Source: Oikopleura dioica | Lineage: Eukaryota; Animalia; Chordata | Reading direction: 5' to 3' | Assembly (NCBI GenBank): GCA_907165135.1 | Contig: OU015566.1 | Location: 4,836,001-4,900,000 of the forward strand | Length of the DNA: 64,000 bases | Shown here: positions 47,631 to 59,618 of the stretch, one piece after another | How the letters are laid out: each line of letters begins with the position of its first letter | Position numbering within the stretch: position 1 is the stretch's first letter | The notes under the pieces: generated by a model | The model's database searches: none | The model's input: only the letters and a program-made list of their open reading frames with translations | Told to the model about the DNA's origin: nothing | Program-made: the position numbers and the translations under genes

Positions 47631-47806
47631 TCAATTTTTGTTAAATTTAAAAAACACATTTTCTCATCGAAATTTTTCTCAAGACCAAGAACGAAATCTA
47701 AAATCATTCAATTTTCACTTTTCTCTGTTATTACCTTCCAAATCTGTTCAAATTTGATTCTTTGATAAATAAAGATGATTGATATAACAATGTATTCTGA
47801 ATTTAA

Positions 47807-48201
47807 GGGGGTAGAACTAGGGTTTTCGAAAAAAGCCGATTCTAGACCGGCGCTCGAAGCCAAGAGAGCTTAGATTTTCAAATTTTCTCTTCGGCTGAAG
47901 ATAGAAAAAACCTAGATCTAACAACATTTTTCTTAAAATAATTTTTCGTCAACACATTTTGGCGTTAGAGAGCGAAACTTCAACCCATCTCTTCGAAAAT
48001 CGCAGTTTTAGCGTATTTGCGTCCTCAAATTTCTCGAGTCACAAGACTAGCCAAATGTTTAAAATCTCATTTTAAGATAGTTTTACCCTTTATCTAGCAA
48101 CATTTTTGAGGAAATTGCGTTATCATAACTAAAAACAGGTTTTTCTTATTTAAAGTGCTGCCCGAAAATCACGGTTTTTCGAGAAATCTAGTTCTACCCC
48201 C
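47807..48201. mobile_element. TTAA-target MITE
   Basis: Perfect 14-bp TIR GGGGGTAGAACTAG with TTAA on both sides. Confidence 0.9.
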
Positions 48202-48270
48202 TTAAAATACTTTGATCTTTAAAACTTGACAGTTTTGTCTCAGCTTAATAATTGGTTTATGAGAAAAGCA

Positions 48271-48572
48271 GGGTGTAGGGCGGCCACGGTACAAATTTGT
48301 ACCGCCGTTACAAATTTGTACCGGCGGTACAAAAATTTTTGTACCGGCGGTACAAGCCGAAAATAAAATCCGAGAAAAAGTGTGCGCTTCGCGCTAGAAT
48401 TGAAAAAAACTCCTTACTGGTATAGCTGAGGTGGAGTTCTGTCCAAAAATTATCATTATTTCGGGTAAAAATCGGTTTTTATTGTCAACAAAATTATCAT
48501 TTTATGTACCGGCGTTACAAAATTTGTACCCGCGGTACAAATTTCACTTTTGTACCGTGGCCGCCCGCCCCC
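48271..48572. mobile_element. MITE with an 8-bp TSD and internal GTACAAA repeats
   Basis: TSD GAAAAGCA (48263-48270 and 48573-48580); TIR core GGGCGGCCACGGTACAAA. Confidence 0.8.
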
Positions 48573-48615
48573 CGAAAAGCATATAAGATGTTCATTGACC
48601 GTAGTAATTCATTAA

Positions 48616-49381
48616 GGCTATAACGTCTCTTTTTGCCTCTCTGGAAAACAGACTTTCCTTGGTCGATTTCAAAAATTTAAAGGACAAACATACTTGTTTT
48701 CTCCTAAAAAATTCAAAAATGCCATCAAAAAATACTTTTCTTTGGTAATTTTTTGCTCTAGAATCATTCAAAAATCGCCGATCGGTTTTCCGAGAAAACT
48801 GGAAGCTCTGAGGTAAAATATATCCGACAATAATATTTAATAAAGCATAGTCTATAATCCTCACGGAAAATATTTCAAAAAATTGTGTAAATTATGATTC
48901 TAGTTTTCTCTTCTTTTAAATCTCTTTTGTTAATAGACTGACGCTTGAGATCCGCGCAGCCAATCAGAGCGCGATGAATCGCTTGACTCACACGCTCGCC
49001 AACAGCGCTCTCTTTTTGGCCTGGAGGATAGCACTCCGCGCAGCGCGTCAACGCGCATTTTTATCCTCAGGTGCCAGCACTAACATGGCCCTAGAATGAA
49101 ATTTTGAGGAGATATCGAAGATTTTTTTCCGTGGGGATTGTAGAGAAGGCTTTAATCTATTTATTGATAAAAAAAAAATCTACCTCTGTAATGGGAAAAT
49201 TCTTCGGAAAACCGATCGGCGTTTTTTAAATGATTGTAAAGTCGAAATTTCAAAAGAAATAATAATTTTTGATCAAATTTCTGAAATCTACGATAGATTT
49301 TAAGTATATAAATCTTTTTTATTTTTGAAATCGACCAAGGGAAGTCCGTTTTCCAGAGAGGCCAAAAGAGAGGTTAAAGCC
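48616..49381. mobile_element. TTAA-target element with imperfect TIRs of about 190 bp
   Basis: TTAA|GGC..CTCTCTGGAAAAC..TTGGTCGATTTCAAAAA and its reverse complement ending GCC|TTAA; absent from the matching upstream region of paralogue 1. Confidence 0.78.
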
Positions 49382-49608
49382 TTAATAAGTCGATGCATGC
49401 AAGTTAAAATTTGAGAAAAGTAAGCATTTTTCAGCGGAAAAATCATTAATTCAAAACAAATTTGGAGCATCAAATTTCAAATTTCTATTTGAATTTCAAT
49501 TTTCAGAATTCAGTTTGTTTTTACGAGACAAATGCAAATGTTGACAATGAAACGAAGCTTCGATATTCTCGATTTTGCGCTCTAATACGCGCCAGATTCC
49601 CTGCAAAA

Positions 49609-50605
49609 ATGTCGAATGAAGAGGGAAAAGAAATCGACTACTTTTATAACACAAAAGATGAAAGAGAGCACACGCTAGCTGAACTTCGATCAGGTAAAGG
49701 AGGAAGAAGAAATCGAGAATCATAGAATTATTATAATCAAAATCTGAAAATAATGTAGAAATGATGATGCTACGAGCGATGGTTGCAGATCTTAGCAAAA
49801 AATTCGAGGATGAGAGGCAATATCGACTTCGAAGTGATTTTGAGAATGAGCAGAAAGCTGTATTTGCTCGGCAGCAACTTGAAAAGGAGTTTAATACGAA
49901 AATGACGATTCGAGAAGATGACTTGAAATTTCAGCACCAATCTGTGGAGAATTCTTTGCGAGAGGAGATACAAGAACTCAAAATTGAACTGAAGAAAACG
50001 CAAGAATCCGATGAAAAGCAGCTTCAAGAACTGAAAAACAACTGGATGATCTAAAAGCTCAATCGAAAGAAACTGAAACTCAAGTGAAAAGAAACGAGGG
50101 AGGATGCATTCTAAGAAAATTCGTTGTCGACCTTCCGCCCGAGGAATACCATTCGCGCGAAGATTTGATTCTTTTTCTGAGCGCTCTTGAAGCGGGCTTA
50201 GCTGATTTGAAATTCAGAGTGCTTTTTACGAGTCCGTTCAAGGCGAGATACTCGAATGAATATTTTAAAGATATTTATAAAGGTGATGATTATTATATTC
50301 CAAAATTATATCATGAAAGGGCTGGTGAAATTCTTTGGAAAAATGATTTAGGCTTTCAAATAAATATTGTTGAACTTAGTTCGAAGAATGGCCAATTAGA
50401 AATTTCTTTCGTTATTTTCGTTCTTCCCGGAATAAAAATACAAATAGAAAGTGACATTGATAAAAACTACAAAACAGATTCATTTTCACGAGAAATAACA
50501 CTTGAATCGAAGAAATTTAATTATTTCGGATTTGAAATTTTTGTTTCAAAAGAAAACTTTGACCGTCTCATTGTCACTTTCAAAGTCTCTTCTCAATCAA
50601 AATAG
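49609..50605 (+). CDS. Coiled-coil protein paralogue 2 with a shorter coil; frameshift at A5 50034-50038
   Basis: Near-identical exon 1 and C-terminal domain (..FKVSSQSK*); adding one A restores LKKQLDDLKAQ. Confidence 0.72.
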
Positions 50606-51143
50606 TCAATTTTTTTAATTTACAAAGCACATTTCATCGCCAAAATTTTTCTCAAGCCAAAAAAATAATTTAAAATTATTAAATTATCATGCTTTTGTCT
50701 GTTATTTCTTTGACAATCTGTTGAATATCCGATTCTTTGTTTAATAAAAAAATCATCTGAAAGATGAAGGCTATGAAAATTTATGAATAAAAAAAGCATA
50801 TTTTCTTTTAAGAGTATTGTTTTATAAGAAAAGGAAAAGGCAGTTTCTCTGACGCAGGAAAAATTAGTGACGTCAAAATTATAAAAACGAAATTAAAAAA
50901 TATTTTCGTGACGCAGAAGAACCAGATTAGTAGCACCAAAAAGAGAGCGTTTGTAAAAACGCCATTCCGATTCGGGATCAATGGTAATGAGTTCCTACGT
51001 CGATGATGAACGATTCTGATTACGCGCAATGGCGTTGTCTAGCCGATTAACGACCACTTAAAAGCGACGACAACAGCGACAACCAAAATCATGCGGAAAG
51101 CGAAATTCGATAAATAAAACAACCAGCGCCGGGTCATGGACAT

Positions 51144-53849
51144 ATGATCATTTTTACTTTGCTGGTTTTTTCAAGCGCTTTCGGAGATTCGAGAAAAGAG
51201 GGTGATTTGAGTGGAGACAACGAGGAGAATTTAAGAAGATGCAGGGCTTTTGGCGATTTCGGGGCGAAATTGCAAATTTTCGAGGAAGAAAATTGCCAGG
51301 TATTGCCCCAGGGCTTTTCGAGAGTTCGTTTTTCATCAGTCATCGTCGATTTTTGGCTAGAAAAATGACCCGAATTTGTGTTTTTGGGCAGAACAAAGAA
51401 AAGAGAGATTTTTTCTCGATCTAGATTTTGATTGGCTGGTAGGCCAAATTCAGCCAGCCTATTGGTCATTGAAAAATCCACTTCCTTTTTTTGGTTTTGT
51501 CTGTTTATTTTATCTCAAAAAGCCAGAATAAGCTAATGACTTCTTAAATTTACCATCTTTGGATTTCAACTTTGATCAAATTTGACAAAATGAGGACAAA
51601 GAGATCGCTCAGATTTATACAGAGATCAACAGAATGACGATTTATGTTTTCTTCACTCAGTCTTCTCAAACCTAATTACCGGATGCATAAAACTCAATAA
51701 TTTTTTTAGTGTCAAAGCAATTTCCGCCGTGAAAAAGATGCCTCGAATTCATTTACTTCTTTCAAACCATGTGACGCGTCGTCGACAAAAGGATTGTGTT
51801 CAGAAAGATATTAATCACTTTTGGTCACTTTTGGGCAATCGTCACAACTCAAAAGCAAATGGCCACGATAAAGTTTTATTTATAGACCAATAAAAGTAAG
51901 TTACTGCATTTTTTTCTTAATATTATGCTTCAAATTGCTGAACAAAATCAAAAGAATGCCCCGAAAAATGCTCCTGCACTGCCAAAATTATTTCTTCATG
52001 CATTTGCTCCTCAAATTTTATTTATTTTAACCAAAGGGAGGGATTTGACAAATACATTTTGAGAAAACTCCAAGGAAAAATTTCTTGTCAAATCCTTGCG
52101 AAAGCTGCTTTTTCGCGAAAACAAGTCATATCACCAAACGATCGATTATTAAATCGTCGAGGAAAGTGATATAAAATAATTAGTGCCACATTTGAATACA
52201 TTAAATTTACTTTATTTACGACCGATCTGGGCGAGAAAATTTTCTAGACTTATTTTTTTTGACTATCAAAATCATGGTCGAAGAATTTTTCACATAAGAT
52301 CCCGAATCAAAGGGTCATTTATAGCAATAAAAATCGTGATCATTTTTCATCTTTTTTTTTTGGATTAAAGTTGAGCTCGAATTGATTATGCTGATCAATG
52401 AGTGGCTGGAGGATATTAAATCGGTTTTCATCACCATAAAAGTGCGCGAGATACGAGAATGGGTGTCAGAATTTATGATTATTGGAAAAACTCAAGTTCC
52501 CACGAGCTCAGGTAAGCGGAGAAACCAACACGATGACGTTTCGTTTTCCTACTCCTAGGCCGTTTCTCTGCGATGAATGTAAAGAAGGCGGCGATTTGTA
52601 TGCTCAATGTTATGAAAATGAAATTTCTACGATAAAAATTTTAATGAAAAATGGAGGCGAAATTCTGTCCGAAAATTCTTTAGGCAAGAGCTTTGAAAAA
52701 TCACTGAATTCGCGATTTCTGACTCGAAAAAAGCTTTTTCTCAGAAAATATTTTACAAACACTCAATCAATCCGAAGTTTCTTCAGCCGAGGTTCAAACC
52801 ACTGTATCACTTTTCTGCGGCTGCTCAAGTAAGCACCTTCCTTCATTTCTCCTCTACCCCTTTCAGACAACTTTCAATTCCGAAATGGCACCTGCCAATT
52901 GATCGACCATTACTCACATCACTGCCAAGAAGATGAGATTTTCGGAATAAACCAGTGCAATAAAATCACCAACGCCTCACCAATCGAAGAAACTATTTGC
53001 CATGAAGATGACTGCTCCAGTGTTGTTGCCTTTGAAGAATTATGTTTTAATGAAGAAGATACACTTGACGACGAATGTTTCGAATGTGCCCATGTTTGCG
53101 ACACAACTCCTGTTCTTAAGAAGTTTTTCAAATGCTACGACTGTGCAGTTGAAACAACAACAACATCTCCGACTACAATGTTGTCAACGATAACCACGAC
53201 TTCAACAACGACTTCAACATCGACAACGACAACGAAGACCACGACGACGACGACTACGACATCGACAACTAGTATAGCTGCGACAACATCAATGATGACA
53301 ACGACGACTCAACCAGTGACCAGCCTATCGACAACTTCAGAAATAACAAGCCCTACAACGATTCCCGATTTCGATCCAAGTCAACCACTCGATATTCTGA
53401 CAAAAATCATCACCATCTTTCCCAATGACATCTGTAAAAAGGACACTGATGATGAAGAATTCATTTGCGAGCCAAAAAACTCAATTTATCTGAATCGACC
53501 TTGGAACGCCGACTTTGCCAATCCTTTTTCACAATCATTCTATTCCATTTTCAACCAGGTCGGAAACTTGTTCAAATCTCCGCAAGAAGAAACAACTTCG
53601 ACCCTGATGCAAACGAAGAGTAATTATCGCGTAAACGCTTCGACCTTCGAAATAACCTTGATCAAAATGACGCCCGTTTCCGAAACGAGAATCGAAGATG
53701 AATTGAGTGAGGAAGAATACAAGCAAGTGAAGAATATGATTCATTTAAGAGGGGGGTCGTCAATATTCTGGTTACGCAAAAACAAAAAAGCGCGAAAACC
53801 TGCTTTTATTGAAAAAAACAAATTCTCTGGGTATAAAGAAAAGGGTTGA
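51144..53849 (+). CDS. Secreted or membrane mucin-like protein: Cys-rich region, Thr-rich tract, SEA-like segment; multi-exon
   Basis: Signal peptide at 51144; exons at about 52560, 52745 and 52866 join in frame; poly-Thr; LNRPWNADFANPFSQSF resembles a SEA-domain start. Confidence 0.6.
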
Positions 53850-54545
53850 AAGAATTCATCGGCGAGTAGAAGAAAAAAAAATTTTTTGAAAAATTTTTCA
53901 AAAATTAGGGTTAAAGTGGGGGTGTCTCTTGAGCAAAAAATCTCAAAACCCTTATTTTCTCTCGACAATCAAATAGTCTCTACGGATAGATTAGACCCTT
54001 TAGAATTCATCGGCGACCAAAAAACTAAGGGTCACTATCTTAGAAAAAAGTTTCTTGTTCATTGAAAATATGCGATTTTCGCAAAAATTCATATTTTTCA
54101 TCATTTTTGGCCGAAATTTTTACAAAAGCTGCATAAACTCAAAATTTTTTATTGATAATGATTCAAAAACTATCGATTAACATTGCTTAGCAAGCAAATT
54201 TCATTTTAAAATTGTTTTTGGGCGAAATCACCCGCTTGAAAATTCTTGGCAAGCGCTCATTTTAAATTTTTTCAGGCTTTGAGTGGACCAATCAAAAAAA
54301 GCCAGAGACCAAAAAGTCATATTTTTTGATGAAGAATTCAAAAATGTGCTTGAAATTATCGGACTCGAAAAATTTTCATATTGACGACTCCCCCCTTAAG
54401 ACTGTTGGTTTCTTATAAGTATGAAGTTGACAAAAATCTGAACACCGAGAAGAATAACCTTAGTGCAACAGGGTACAGGTTCAGATAAGACATAAGGGTA
54501 TATAAGACCCTTTAACCAAAAATTGACATAGCAGTTTTCTCTTGA

Positions 54546-55901
54546 ATGAACCCTGAAAAGGATATCGCTGAAGATGTAGTCAGGCGATTCGAAGTAATAA
54601 AGAAGAACATGTTCGATGAATACCGAAAGAAAAAGAAACGAAAGAAGAGAAACACTTCCGATATCATCGACGACATTTTCTTCTTTGATACAAAGTGGAC
54701 TTATCGAATCGATTCGACGAAAGAATACGATGATCTGAAAAGCAAGTTAATAAAGGACGCCCTCCCAGATGACATAGAAATACCAGCGTACTTGGAACTT
54801 CTAGAATCCTGCTCTGATTGTGCGGTTCTCGATGACTCACCAGATCCGGAAATGGTGGAAGAAATTCTCTCCAACTTCGATCCCGACAAGCCGGATTTCT
54901 CAACCCTTGGTGACCCAATGGTTGACTCTCTAACCGGAGCAATGATGGACGTAGACCTCTGCACTGCCGTCAATCGGCAATTGATTCTCACGCTTTATGC
55001 AAAAGGAACTGCGCCGTTTCAGGGAAAAGTGCTCGGAATTCCGGCGGAATTGAGACCAATCGTAGCAGTTTTAATCAATCAGGACTCGCCCTACAATGTC
55101 ACCGTGACCATTTTGAACACGGATATTTGGAAAGAAAGCGGCCAGGAGTTCTTTTTCGTGAACTTGAAAGACTCTGGCGGGAAAGAAGGGAGCGTGTATG
55201 TAAAAGTCTCAATGGATAGTTGCAACAAAGCTGCGGAAACAGACGCCGATTTGTCCCTCCGAGCGAATCTCAAAGTCGTCCAGGCCAGTTTGATAATCAA
55301 AAACTTGAAAAAAGAAGAACATGAAAGTGCAGTTCAAATTTCCTCCGAGCAAATTTACGCGGTCCTCAACGGAATCAACGCTCTCAAAAGTGTCGAATTC
55401 GAAACCTTTCGATTCGCGGATCGATCTTCTTGCGCTCCCCTAAGCTTTCCTCTCGATGGAGTGAGCCTCAAATCTGATGGCTGCACCATTCGAAGAGACA
55501 ATCATCTCCAAGCAAAGACGGAAGTTGACCATCGTTTTCGAGATAAACTCGACGAACCTTACGAACCAACAGTTTTCGTCCGCGAGTTTGGGAACATCTG
55601 GTTCGATTGCTTCACCGACGAATGCACGATTCTCGACTTTATCCTTACCATGTATGACACGACCATGACCTTCGATGGGCTGAGCTTCGATGACAGTCTT
55701 TTCAAAGGACTAAATTTGGCAAGTGAACGAACCGCACTGCTTCTCAACAAGGAGAATCAAGTGAGAGCAGCAAGGCCCACGAGACCGATTGACTTCGCTC
55801 AAGCGCAGAATATTGGGAATGTGCTCATTTCACTGAGTGTGCTTTACTACTTGTATTGTGTTTACAAATTGGTTTTTCAGGAATCAAGGTTGAATCTGTG
55901 A
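54546..55901 (+). CDS. Hypothetical 451-aa protein with a polybasic (furin-like) site and a C-terminal TM helix
   Basis: Long ORF; KRKKR near the N-terminus; VLISLSVLYYLYCVYKLVF at the end. Confidence 0.8.
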   Translation: MNPEKDIAEDVVRRFEVIKKNMFDEYRKKKKRKKRNTSDIIDDIFFFDTKWTYRIDSTKEYDDLKSKLIKDALPDDIEIPAYLELLESCSDCAVLDDSPDPEMVEEILSNFDPDKPDFSTLGDPMVDSLTGAMMDVDLCTAVNRQLILTLYAKGTAPFQGKVLGIPAELRPIVAVLINQDSPYNVTVTILNTDIWKESGQEFFFVNLKDSGGKEGSVYVKVSMDSCNKAAETDADLSLRANLKVVQASLIIKNLKKEEHESAVQISSEQIYAVLNGINALKSVEFETFRFADRSSCAPLSFPLDGVSLKSDGCTIRRDNHLQAKTEVDHRFRDKLDEPYEPTVFVREFGNIWFDCFTDECTILDFILTMYDTTMTFDGLSFDDSLFKGLNLASERTALLLNKENQVRAARPTRPIDFAQAQNIGNVLISLSVLYYLYCVYKLVFQESRLNL

Positions 55902-56235
55902 TCACTTGTAAAGTAAAAATGTAGGTATAATTAAAAATATTTTTTTGAGCTTTGATGACGTCTAGTGTCTTTAAGTTGATTTTTTTAACTCGAAATTGAG
56001 CTTTTTAGGGTTGAAATAGTATTCATGCAGAGTAGTAGGTATAAAAACTCAAAGATTTTCATAAGAGAAAAATGAGCCAGAGTGAAATGACGGTAAATTT
56101 GAAAACCCATAATTTCTGTTTAAAATTTGTTAAACCATATTTTATCTCTAAGTAGTTTAAGTGAGAACTAATTCATACTTGCATTCATTGAGGATGTGGA
56201 TTTTAATTTGAAATCGACATTTTCAATTAATTTAA

Positions 56236-56922
56236 GGGATCCCCCCAATGGGGCCCATTTGGCCAACTTTGAGGTCGAACTACTTTTTTTCTGGCTTAGC
56301 TATCTAAGAAGTGAGAGGCATTTTTTGTAGCCTATTTCTTAATGAGCAATCTCTAGTATCGAAATTAAATTTGAAAAGGCGAATCACCTCTAACAATAGC
56401 CGTAAAAACATTGATAGTCGCGAAAACCCTAGTTTTGGGCCATTTTCAAAATCGATCTACTTTTTTCTCTATGATATATTTCCGCGATTTTGTTCTTAAA
56501 ACCTTCCTTGTGCCCTTAACTACAAACTCCAGTACAGGCATCTGATGTTGTCAAGGATTGAAGATTTTTTCTTTACAAAAAATTTTTCGACTAATTTTGG
56601 CTATTTTCAAGACTTTCTATGCTCTGTAGCGCCTCTAAGTGGCTATATATTCTATCGAAACAATTTTTTCCTGATTCAGCTTTTTCTAAGCTATCTAAAG
56701 AGCCCTCATCAATATGAATCTGTCGACATTGAAAAGTCGAAAATTTATTCTAAGTAAATTTTTTGGTCGAAATAAGCCATTTTCAAAGCTCTGTCACGGC
56801 TCATCACATGGCGTTACCCCCTTGACATAATATATAAAAATGATCCTCAGACAATGAAGATTTTAAAAGAGTATCACAGAAAATCCCTCGATGACATTTT
56901 TCAAATCGGGAGGGGATCCCTT
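56236..56922. mobile_element. TTAA-target element related to 16276-16968
   Basis: TTAA|GGGATCCCCCC ... GGGGATCCC|TTAA. Confidence 0.7.
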
Positions 56923-57320
56923 AAGGGATCCGGAAGAGAGGATCGAAAACGCCGAAACCGCAAGGTAATAATACAAATTTTTGGCTTCATTTTTTGGGGG
57001 CCTATCTCCACTCTTAGACCTTGAAAAATTGACTTCAAATTTTGAGAATTGTAAAGGATTGAGACATGTCGAAGAGTTGACCTTTGAATGGACTTCCTTC
57101 AGCATCCCAGCCCTAAATGGAAATAAGGAAAATATACAAAGGAAACGAGGGGGGCTTCACCTTTATTTTTCAAGGCTTCTTCTTTTTTCTTTTTGCTTCA
57201 CCAAAGCAACGTTTTGACACCTGCATTGATTAGGGCGTAAAAATATTTCAGATTCTTGAGTGAAAAAAATTCATTACATTCAGTTTCTGATCAAAATATT
57301 CAATTATATTTTCAACCTCC

Positions 57321-59225
57321 TTGAAGTCCTATTCAAAATCAATTCTCTGGAAACTCCTCAATGTTGTCACACTCACACTTGTTGTTGCATCTGTTTATAT
57401 GGAGACTCAAACCTTCATTTATTATCTTGAAGGGCAGGGATTGATGTATTCGCCGACCTTCGTTGTGGTCATTTTTCTTGGATATCTGCCGATTATGATC
57501 ATGATCGTTTTGATGCTAAGAGGATTTGTTTTGGTCAGATATTTCAGACTCTGGAAGACGACGAGCTATTACAAGCTCTATCCGATGCAGATGATAGTTC
57601 TCTTAGTAAGCCATAAAAATAAACCAATAAAATCATTCACCCCTTTTTAGATCAACACGATCTTCCACGATCTCCCCGAAATGATCCTGCTCTACTTCTA
57701 CTACACTCGCTACAAACCTCCATCTTTCGATCTTCGACTGACCGCCCTTGCCAATTCCTTCATATCTCTCTGTGTCGCGCTCATCGGAACCGTGACCCAA
57801 TCCATCGGTGTTTATCGCTACCAAAAGCTATTCAAAATGGGTCCTTCAAAAATTCTCATCTTCATTTCTGTCCTCCCTGTTATTTTGGTCACTCCTCTTA
57901 TGAAGGTAAAAAACGACTCAGAAATTGTCACCAAAAAAATTTTAGATATCAGTTCTGCTCTCGACTATTTTCTCCCAAATGGTGACCTACACGACTGGAA
58001 ACACATATGACATCAAGAAGCATACACTCAACGACATTCAGATTGTCGACGGAAGAACTGTCATGAATATAACAAGTACAGACAATGAGTTTGTGCCCGT
58101 TACCTCTGCGATCCAGGGGACAAATATTGCCAAGTACTTTGCGCCAAGAAAATGATTAAAAGAAATATTTTCTCGTAAAAACATTTCATAAAAAAAATTT
58201 TGCCAAAAAAAATCATTTCTTGAGACATGCACTTTGCGTAGACACCGAAATCGTCTTCCGAAATGCCTCTTTCGCCCTCAACTCTGAACCCGAACCTTTC
58301 AAGTCCGGATGCCTGAATCAACTCGAATGGGTTTTGATCGGAGCAACTCCAGTGCTCATCATGGGGCTGGTGTCATTTATCTTCCTGCTGAGAAAAGCGT
58401 GGCCATTTTTGAACATTCCTTGTCTTTGCTGGGGCCTTTGTCCGGCAGATGACAGGAGTTACAAAAGAAGACCAAGTGCTTTTGCCGGGTTGAGTCTTGC
58501 GATGGTCAACTTATTCGCGAGAATTCCTGAGCGACTTCAGTAAGATGCACTTTTCGCATCGAAAATCTCACATTTCCCCTTTTCAGAAAACCGAGAGAGA
58601 GCTTTATCGGACTCATGCGGCGGAGCACCTTATTTGTTCCTGAAGAAAGTCACGATAACGTCTCCAAAGCCCGGAGATCTACTATTGCTGCGTCAAGACC
58701 GACGGTTCTAGAAGCTATCCCGAGCTCTTCGAGTCCAAGAAAGACCGTTGTGGTAGTTTTCAAATTTTTTGAAAAAGATAGAAAAATTTCTAGATAACGG
58801 AGACTCTCAAGTCAAACGAAATGCGCCGTCCATCAATTTTGAAGATGAATTCTAGCGCACCGGAGTTGAGCGAAATTCGCAAGAGAAAAAGTGTGCTTTT
58901 TGATCTTCAGGAAGCGCCAGAATCTTCCTCAAGCGAAGAAGAAGGTGAGTTTGATTTGAAGCCTAGATTTCTAACTGAAAACATAGAAGAAAACCCGATT
59001 TACAAAGCGCTTCGAGAAGAGGACCTCATCGGCTTTGTCGACTCCGACGACGATGTCAAAAACGTCCCGTGCTTTGTAAAAATCGACAAGGAAGAGAAAA
59101 AGAAATCGAAAAAAGCGAAAAAGTCGGGAAAGTCGAAAAAGAAATCAAAAGAAGAAATTGTCACTTCTCAACCCGCACCACCCTTGTCCGCTGCAGAACA
59201 GAAACTTATTGATGACATTTATAAA
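57321..59225 (+). CDS. Multipass membrane protein with a long charged cytoplasmic tail, possibly XK-related; 5' end uncertain
   Basis: Several hydrophobic exons; FHDLPEMILLYFY recalls the XK-family E(D)xPQ helix; terminal ORF 58821-59228. Confidence 0.6.
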
Positions 59226-59618
59226 TAAACAAAGGATATATTCTTCTTTTTTATTCGAAGATGATCAGTAGTAATCAAAGTCGTTGCAGATTGTGTTGAT
59301 TCCTTTTCGAATCTCGGGGGTTATTTCCGCAGCTTCAAAATACGCCATCATCACTTTAAAATATTTAAAAACAGGGTCAAATGATTGATCTTACTTTGAA
59401 CGCAATTATCATCAGGGAGCACGAGTTGAGCACGAATCGCAGCAACAAGAAAACTGAGAAAAACTGAGTACATTATTTTCTTTTTAACAATTTTTCTTTT
59501 TTTTTTGCTTTTTTATATGTCGAATTTCACTTAGGAAAATTGAAATTGAGATGTCATGAATATTGAAAATGAAGAGATGGAGTGTTGAATCAATTTATTA
59601 TATACAGTCGACTTGAAA

